Assembly: GCA_048882045.1 (NCBI GenBank)
Contig: JBHLRZ010000009.1
Coordinates: 32,384-96,383 of the forward strand
Reading direction: 5' to 3'
DNA: 64,000 bases
From: Candidatus Thorarchaeota archaeon
GTDB taxonomy: Archaea; Asgardarchaeota; Thorarchaeia; Thorarchaeales; Thorarchaeaceae
Shown: piece by piece, positions 58,039-64,000 of the stretch
Position numbering within the stretch: position 1 is the first letter of the stretch
Layout: every line of letters begins with the position of its first letter
The notes under the pieces: model-generated
The model's input: only the letters and a program-made list of their open reading frames with translations
Database searches by the model: none
What the model was told of the DNA's origin: nothing
Program-made: the position numbers and the translations under genes

Positions 58039-59928
58039 GTGATGGTTGAGGGAAACTGGACCTCAATGTACAAGGACAAGATTGTCACAGGTTCCGAAGC
58101 CATCAAAAAGATTCAGAGAGGGCAGCGTATATTCCTTGGCACAGGTTGCGGTGTCCCGTGTCATCTTGTAAGCTCGTTGGTAAAGAACGCGAATCACATG
58201 GCAGACAACGAGATTATTCACCTCTTTACACTGGGGAGCACTCCTTCAGTAGATGTCAAATTCCAGACACAGTTCAGACATAATACATTCTTTGTATCCG
58301 AGAACATTCGTGAAGCTGTGAGGGAGGGAAGAGCAGACTACACTCCTGCGTATCTGTCTGACATTCCACTTTTCTTCAATACGGGGAGAATACCCCTTGA
58401 TGTTGCTCTGGTCCAAGTGAGTCCTCCGGACGAGTATGGATATTGTTCACTTGGTATTTCAGTAGATGTGACAAAAGCAGGATTAAACAATGCAGACCTT
58501 GTCATTGCTCAGGTCAACGAGAACATGCCTGTGACTCAAGGGAACTCCTATGTACATGTTCGAGATATAGACTATCTTGTCCCTCATAATGAACCTCTTC
58601 GGGAGTTTGAATCTCCCAAAGTCACTGAGCGAAGCAGGCAGATAGGAGAGTATGCTGCAAGACTCATCGAGAATGAGTCTACGATTTCAGTGGGGATAGA
58701 CTCAATCTCAAACGCGGTCACTGAGAGTCTGATAAAATCGGAATCTCGAGATATTGGTTTTCATGGAGAAACATTCAACGACAACATGATTGACATGATT
58801 GAGAGTGGCGTAATCACCAATAGGAAAAAGAGTATCAACAAGGGGAAGGTGGTTGCTAGTTTTGCAATGGGCACCAGGAAACTCTACGACTACGTGGACA
58901 ATAATCCATTCTTTGAGTTCAGGGAAACCTCGTACGTGAACGATCCAGCAGTCATCGCTCAGAACAACAAGATGGTTGCCATCAATACTGCATTCGAAGT
59001 GGACCTAACAGGACAGGTTGTGTCTGATTCAATTGGTCACGAGTTCTATAGTGGGATTGTGGGGCAGGTTGATTTCATTCGAGGTGCATCTGAATCAGTA
59101 GGAGGGAAGTCAATCATTTGCCTCAAGTCAACAGCCATGAATGGGACGGTGTCACGGATTGTTTCGCACCTGAGTAAAGGAGCAGGTGTTGTCACTACTC
59201 GAGGAGATGTTGACGTTGTCATCACTGAGTATGGTCTCGCGACATTGAGGGGACGCACAATTCGTGAGCGAGTTCTGTCACTCATCGCTATTGCTCATCC
59301 AGATTTTCGGAACGAACTATTGGAAGCTGCAAAAGAGATGAAGTATGTCTTCGAAGACCAAGTCCCATTCCTTGCTCGAGGAACCTACTTTCCAGTAGAG
59401 TATGAAGCCCATAGAGGATTTGATGGACCGCATGGTCCTGTGAATGTGCATGTCCGATTAATTCGACCAGATGATACAGATAGGATAAAGGAACTATTCT
59501 ATGGATTAAGTGAAGAGTCAATATTCTTCAGATTCTTGACGCCGCTAAAGAGTCTAAGAAGGCAGACTCTGCAGGAATTCTATCATGTTGACCAAGATCG
59601 TGATATCTCTCTGGTGGGAGTCATTAACAGCAATGAAGGTCCGGAGTGTGAGAAAATCATTGCAGCAGGCCGGTATCTTCTCGATCGGAGCAGAAATCAA
59701 GCCGAGTTTGCATTGCTCGTAAAGGACGAATATCAAAACAGGGGAATTGGTACATTTCTGCTAAACCAGATGATGCGCATAGCAAAAAGTAAGGGCGTAA
59801 AGGCATTCCTTGCATATGTGCATCCAAAGAATGTCCCAATGATCAATTTCATCCACAAAATAGGCAAGCTCATTGAGAGCAAGTTGGATATGGAAGATGA
59901 TCAGTACACCTTCCTTTTGCGTCTTTGA
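58039..59928 (+). CDS. Acetyl-CoA hydrolase/transferase fused to a C-terminal GNAT domain
   Basis: QVSPPDEYGYCSLG, HGE, VDLTGQ, GQVDF, TEYG; C-terminal AEFALLVKDEYQNRGIGT. Confidence 0.88.
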   Translation: MMVEGNWTSMYKDKIVTGSEAIKKIQRGQRIFLGTGCGVPCHLVSSLVKNANHMADNEIIHLFTLGSTPSVDVKFQTQFRHNTFFVSENIREAVREGRADYTPAYLSDIPLFFNTGRIPLDVALVQVSPPDEYGYCSLGISVDVTKAGLNNADLVIAQVNENMPVTQGNSYVHVRDIDYLVPHNEPLREFESPKVTERSRQIGEYAARLIENESTISVGIDSISNAVTESLIKSESRDIGFHGETFNDNMIDMIESGVITNRKKSINKGKVVASFAMGTRKLYDYVDNNPFFEFRETSYVNDPAVIAQNNKMVAINTAFEVDLTGQVVSDSIGHEFYSGIVGQVDFIRGASESVGGKSIICLKSTAMNGTVSRIVSHLSKGAGVVTTRGDVDVVITEYGLATLRGRTIRERVLSLIAIAHPDFRNELLEAAKEMKYVFEDQVPFLARGTYFPVEYEAHRGFDGPHGPVNVHVRLIRPDDTDRIKELFYGLSEESIFFRFLTPLKSLRRQTLQEFYHVDQDRDISLVGVINSNEGPECEKIIAAGRYLLDRSRNQAEFALLVKDEYQNRGIGTFLLNQMMRIAKSKGVKAFLAYVHPKNVPMINFIHKIGKLIESKLDMEDDQYTFLLRL

Positions 59929-60002
59929 GCTGGCTGTAGTCAACATTTTAAGCACTTTGTTGTTTAACAATAGTTATTTACTAACTCAGCTATGACTGAA
60001 AC

Positions 60003-60572
60003 ATGTACGAAGGAAAAGTGGTGAGGCTCAGAAGACTTGAACCTGAAGATGCTTCTTCCTTCTTTCCTCACTGGAATAACTATCACCTAAGGCAGTACCT
60101 TCCGACTCCACTTCCAACAAGTCATGAGGATATGGTCAAATTCATCGAATCAGCAAACGAGAGTTTCGCTAGTCGTAAAGGATTCACATTTGGAATAGAA
60201 ACTCTTGAATCCAACAATCTTGTTGGTATTGTCAATCTTGTGAATGTGAGCTGGATTAGCCATAATGGAGAAATTGGTATACTTGCAATCTTTGATCCAG
60301 AAGGATGGGGGAAAGGCTACGGATCTGATGCGATGACCGTCCTTCTAGATATGGCGTTCTCAGTACTTAATCTGCATAGTGTCTATCTGTGGGTTGCAGG
60401 TTTCAATGAACGGGCAATAAGGTTCTATGAGAAGATTGGATTTGTAAACACAGGCAAGCTGAGAGAGATGGCTTACAGGAATGGACAACGCTACGATGTT
60501 GTGACAATGGACATCTTACGTTCTGAATTTTTGGAGAAGTATGGAATTCTTCCAAAAGGCGGTACTACATAG
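60003..60572 (+). CDS. RimJ/RimL-type GNAT acetyltransferase
   Basis: WGKGYGSDA, NERAIRFYEKIGF. Confidence 0.9.
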   Translation: MYEGKVVRLRRLEPEDASSFFPHWNNYHLRQYLPTPLPTSHEDMVKFIESANESFASRKGFTFGIETLESNNLVGIVNLVNVSWISHNGEIGILAIFDPEGWGKGYGSDAMTVLLDMAFSVLNLHSVYLWVAGFNERAIRFYEKIGFVNTGKLREMAYRNGQRYDVVTMDILRSEFLEKYGILPKGGTT

Positions 60573-60578
60573 AATCAC

Positions 60579-61118
60579 TCATTGGCCAGTGTTCTTCAAA
60601 GAACGATACCAGAGAAGAGCTTTCTTCTCCATCTCTGCTACAAAGGAATCCTTTCCATCGCAGTAGCCATCAATGTCCCATCGGAAAGTTTCTGCAAGAT
60701 CTAATTTTAATTGAGCATACTGTTGTGCATCTTTTGAGTGTACTATCATATAGTCTCTAAAAGCGAGATGGCGTTCCAGACCAATGTCCCCTGATTGGAA
60801 AGCATGAACATGGTGAGAGCGAATACCACTAGGGTCGTCTTTGCTGAAATAGCGTCGGCCAGGAATCCCCAGTTCTCCTCGGGGATTGTATCCGAGTCCT
60901 ATCATCGCATTATTGTAGTCATCTAGTTTTGAGATGCTCTTCACCTCTAAGAGAATGTCAATGATTGGTTTTGCGCTCATCCCAGGTATTGAAGTACTGC
61001 CAATATGAAATGCAGACACTATTTCGTTTCCTAGTACTTCTCTCAATCTAGCAACCTCCAGGTCGTACATCTTTGTCCATTCGTTGTTGTATGGAACAAC
61101 CTTGACTTCTCGTGTCAC
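60579..61118 (-). CDS. GrpB-family protein
   Basis: HIGSTSIPGMSAKPIIDI, FRDYM, Y..LK, YCDGK. Confidence 0.9.
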   Translation of the reverse strand: MTREVKVVPYNNEWTKMYDLEVARLREVLGNEIVSAFHIGSTSIPGMSAKPIIDILLEVKSISKLDDYNNAMIGLGYNPRGELGIPGRRYFSKDDPSGIRSHHVHAFQSGDIGLERHLAFRDYMIVHSKDAQQYAQLKLDLAETFRWDIDGYCDGKDSFVAEMEKKALLWYRSLKNTGQ

Positions 61119-61207
61119 TCAGGAAACCTCACTATTGTTCGGGAAATTGAGCTCATGCCGCTCACATATTAATCCGTGTCTGTTTAACAAATTGCAACTA
61201 TGACTTT

Positions 61208-61432
61208 CTAGAACTTCTGGCGGCTCTTGACTAATCTCCGTTTTTTCAAACTCTTGAAACGCCATTTATCAACCTTCGACCGCTTTTTGCGGTTCTTGGA
61301 AAGTTTCTTAATCATGTCGACACGGCGCACCCAATCAGTCCTTGCGTAGATGGTGCCATATCCAGGGCGGACCAAATAATCAATACCCATCTTTTTCCTT
61401 GATGATTTACTGTGTTCAGACTTCTCCACCAA
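61208..61432 (-). CDS. Small Lys/Arg-rich hypothetical protein
   Basis: 74-aa ORF with a very basic C-terminal half. Confidence 0.35.
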   Translation of the reverse strand: MVEKSEHSKSSRKKMGIDYLVRPGYGTIYARTDWVRRVDMIKKLSKNRKKRSKVDKWRFKSLKKRRLVKSRQKF

Positions 61433-61644
61433 TGTTCATCAACTGCAACATTATCGGGAAGTGATATGGGTCTTGCGATTCCTGATTGTTTAACAATAAT
61501 TATTCCTTTATTGATCATTGTCACGATGACACTCGTTGATTAGACTTCATGGAAAAGCACGAGATTCTGCCAAAAGGGAACTCGGTCTAGGAGACCAAAG
61601 TTCTCAAGTAGAGGCGATTCCTTGAGATAGTGCAGTGATAGTGG

Positions 61645-62334
61645 ATGTCTGAAGAACGGGATTATATGATATGTACGTCGAAAGATGGAAGCGTCTGTAT
61701 AGGTTGCGAAGTTGATGGAGCGCTGAACTGTAGGTATGATGCAGAACTGGTGACATGTTTCCGTAGAACGCATTTTCCGTTTCGTGCCGTTCAGTTCTTG
61801 GTAACAGGTGCTGCAGCATACTTCACTGGATTGTGGTGGACTTTCATCCTGTTTGTAATTGTGATTGCATTGAACTTCACTGTCATAGAATCGAGGTACC
61901 TATGTAGACATTGTCCGTTCTACGAGAAAGAGGGCGGAACTTTGGAGTGTATCACACTGAAAGGGATTCCAAGGATCTGGAAATTCGATCCAAAACCTAT
62001 GACAAGACTCGGAAAGGCGGGAATGATGGCAGTCGGAGGATTCATTGATGTCTTTCCACTCCTGATTTCAGCGTATGCAGTTTGGCATTTGTTTTCTGCA
62101 GGGGCAGACCTTCTCGTAATTGGCCTAATGGCTGGACTGACCATACTAGCACTGATCACAGCAGGATATCTAGAGAAATTCTTGCGAGAGAACTTTTGTG
62201 AGCGATGTGTCAATCTGTCTTGCATGATGAATAAGGTTCCATATGAACTCAAAGAAAAGTACCTTCAAAAGAATCTTGAGTGGCGCAAGATTTTGGAAGA
62301 CTGCGGATATGTACTTAAAAACAAGAGCCAGTAG
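61645..62334 (+). CDS. Cys-rich membrane protein
   Basis: About 4 TM segments; LCRHCPFY, FCERCVNLSCMMN. Confidence 0.7.
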   Translation: MSEERDYMICTSKDGSVCIGCEVDGALNCRYDAELVTCFRRTHFPFRAVQFLVTGAAAYFTGLWWTFILFVIVIALNFTVIESRYLCRHCPFYEKEGGTLECITLKGIPRIWKFDPKPMTRLGKAGMMAVGGFIDVFPLLISAYAVWHLFSAGADLLVIGLMAGLTILALITAGYLEKFLRENFCERCVNLSCMMNKVPYELKEKYLQKNLEWRKILEDCGYVLKNKSQ

Positions 62335-62359
62335 ATGATGAGGACAATTAATGAACTAT

Positions 62360-63064
62360 TTATCCGATGTCAATCCACCCTACTTGATGACTCTGAGAAT
62401 CCATTTCTAGTATGAGTTCACCTTTTGGATCAATGATGGAAGATCCTCCAGAGAAGGTACAATCGCCTTCTCTACCAACCCGATTTGATGAGGCTGTGAA
62501 GACACCATTATCGATGGCCATACTTTGCATTGCATCTCGCCAACGGTAATTGCCACTATTCACAGGATGGAAAATCAGGTTTGCACCCCTTTCTGAAGCA
62601 CTTTTTACCCTCGCTGGAAAGTTCCATTCATAACAAATTATGACACTGAATACAAGTTCATTATACTCAAAGACAGGCGGTTCGAGAGGACCTCTCAAAA
62701 ACCATTCCTTCTCGGGACCATAGAGATGGTGTTTTCGATATGTCCCCAAATGTTTTCCATTGGCGATTATTGCAGCTGAGTTGTAGAGACCATCCTTCGT
62801 AGACTCGTTAATGCCTGCTACAACAAGACTACCTTTTCTAGACCATTTTGTGAGTTCTTTCGATAACGGACCAGTTGGAATCTTCTCAGAATGTTCCTTC
62901 ACATCTTCATATGAGTCAAAATAGTACCCTGAGTTTGCCATTTCTGGGAGAATCAAGATATCCACGTTGTTATCCTCAGCATCATCAAGCAAGATCTGAG
63001 CCTGACTCACGTTATGATCAACGTCACCCAGCTTCAATTCCATTTGAGCAAGACCTATTCGCAA
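62360..63064 (-). CDS. Nitrilase / carbon-nitrogen hydrolase
   Basis: Catalytic triad in LPEM, YRKHHL, ICYE. Confidence 0.9.
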   Translation of the reverse strand: MRIGLAQMELKLGDVDHNVSQAQILLDDAEDNNVDILILPEMANSGYYFDSYEDVKEHSEKIPTGPLSKELTKWSRKGSLVVAGINESTKDGLYNSAAIIANGKHLGTYRKHHLYGPEKEWFLRGPLEPPVFEYNELVFSVIICYEWNFPARVKSASERGANLIFHPVNSGNYRWRDAMQSMAIDNGVFTASSNRVGREGDCTFSGGSSIIDPKGELILEMDSQSHQVGWIDIG

Positions 63065-63213
63065 CTCGTGAACCTCTCAACCAATCAATCAGTAGAGGAC
63101 TCGTGGACTTTACTATAATATTCCCATTACCGCATTGCTCTAGAAGGATAAGCTAATAAGCCAAAATCCTCGTGCCTGAATTTGCCACGATACTTCTGAT
63201 ATCGTTACGCTAT

Positions 63214-63288
63214 GGCCCGAGTGGTGTAATGGCAGCATAGGGGATTGTGGCTCCCCTGACGGGGGTTCGATTCCCCCTTCGGGCCCCA
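63214..63288 (+). tRNA. tRNA-His(GTG), with G-1 and CCA encoded
   Basis: G-GCCCGAG...GGGGA-TTGTGGC-TCCCC...GGGGG-TTCGATT-CCCCC-TTCGGGC-C-CCA. Confidence 0.95.
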
Positions 63289-63292
63289 TTTC

Positions 63293-64000
63293 TCACTCAT
63301 GTCGTTTTAGAAAATCTAGCATGACTTTTGAAAACATGTCCACTTGTGAGAGGACTGCCATGTGATCAGCATTCGGGATTATCGATAGCTCACCGTTTGG
63401 TATCATTCGGAAAATTCGTATTGGGTCATCCAAAGGGCCAATTTCGTCACGGTCCCCATTCAAAATCAGAGTTGGCACTGAAATCTTCCTTACTCTATCA
63501 CCTGGGAATTCATTGGGGTCCATCCATAGCTTCGAAAGGTTAGTGAATAGTTCTTTCCAGTAGTCCTTACCATATATTGACGAATGAATCTCCTCCAAAA
63601 TGGGTACAACCCTTGGGAAGGTTGCTTGATATTTGTCAAAGTCTACATCTCCCGGACCATTGACACCCCATGACTTCATACAATCGATGTACTCTTGAGA
63701 GATTTCAGCAAGAACACCCCCAGCTATAATTGCACGAGCAGTTTCAGGGTATTCGATTCCAATCTCCAGCGCGATATGCCCTCCATCACTGTAACCCACA
63801 ACTAATGGTCTATCAAGTTCTAACTCCTTGATCAATGCTACAATGTCATCACACATCAGTCTGCAGCTGAACTCCTTTGTTGGATTGTCTGATTTTCCAT
63901 GACCTCTAGAATCCGGTGCAATAACTCTGAAGTGTTGAGAGAAGATTGGATAGTATGATTTCCAATTGAAGTTGGCATTCAAATTACCTCCATGAAGTAA
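63293..64000 (-). CDS. Alpha/beta hydrolase (5' end beyond the window)
   Basis: LHGG, DSRGHG, GYSDGG nucleophile elbow, GDRD, ADH. Confidence 0.9.
   Translation of the reverse strand, partial: LLHGGNLNANFNWKSYYPIFSQHFRVIAPDSRGHGKSDNPTKEFSCRLMCDDIVALIKELELDRPLVVGYSDGGHIALEIGIEYPETARAIIAGGVLAEISQEYIDCMKSWGVNGPGDVDFDKYQATFPRVVPILEEIHSSIYGKDYWKELFTNLSKLWMDPNEFPGDRVRKISVPTLILNGDRDEIGPLDDPIRIFRMIPNGELSIIPNADHMAVLSQVDMFSKVMLDFLKRHE

Noticed and set aside
61208-61524. Frameshifted single gene formed from two overlapping minus-strand ORFs
   Set aside because: No recognisable domain or slippery site supports joining them.

Overview
This is an archaeal chromosome segment, most consistent with an Asgard archaeon, probably Thorarchaeia. 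That assignment is inferred from the class I LysRS, L13e, eIF5A, Nob1, PAC2, the Bet3/TRAPP-like and roadblock proteins, and an archaeal Wood-Ljungdahl cluster. Main contents: (1) a duplicated roadblock-winged-helix + Bet3/V4R module at 5.2-10.3 kb; (2) housekeeping and metabolic genes at 10-29 kb; (3) an integrase-free array of mostly single-gene cassettes at 29-35.8 kb, separated by 24-bp direct repeats of the 3' end of an intron-containing tRNA-Leu(CAG), with the repeats decaying away from the tRNA; (4) a Ni/Co ECF transporter with nikR, then mer, hdrA-mvhD, fwd-like genes and the cdhABCDE/cooC operon at 36-58 kb; (5) accessory genes and tRNA-His. The cassette array is the strongest candidate for an undescribed system. 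All functional calls come from motif recognition by eye; no searches were run.
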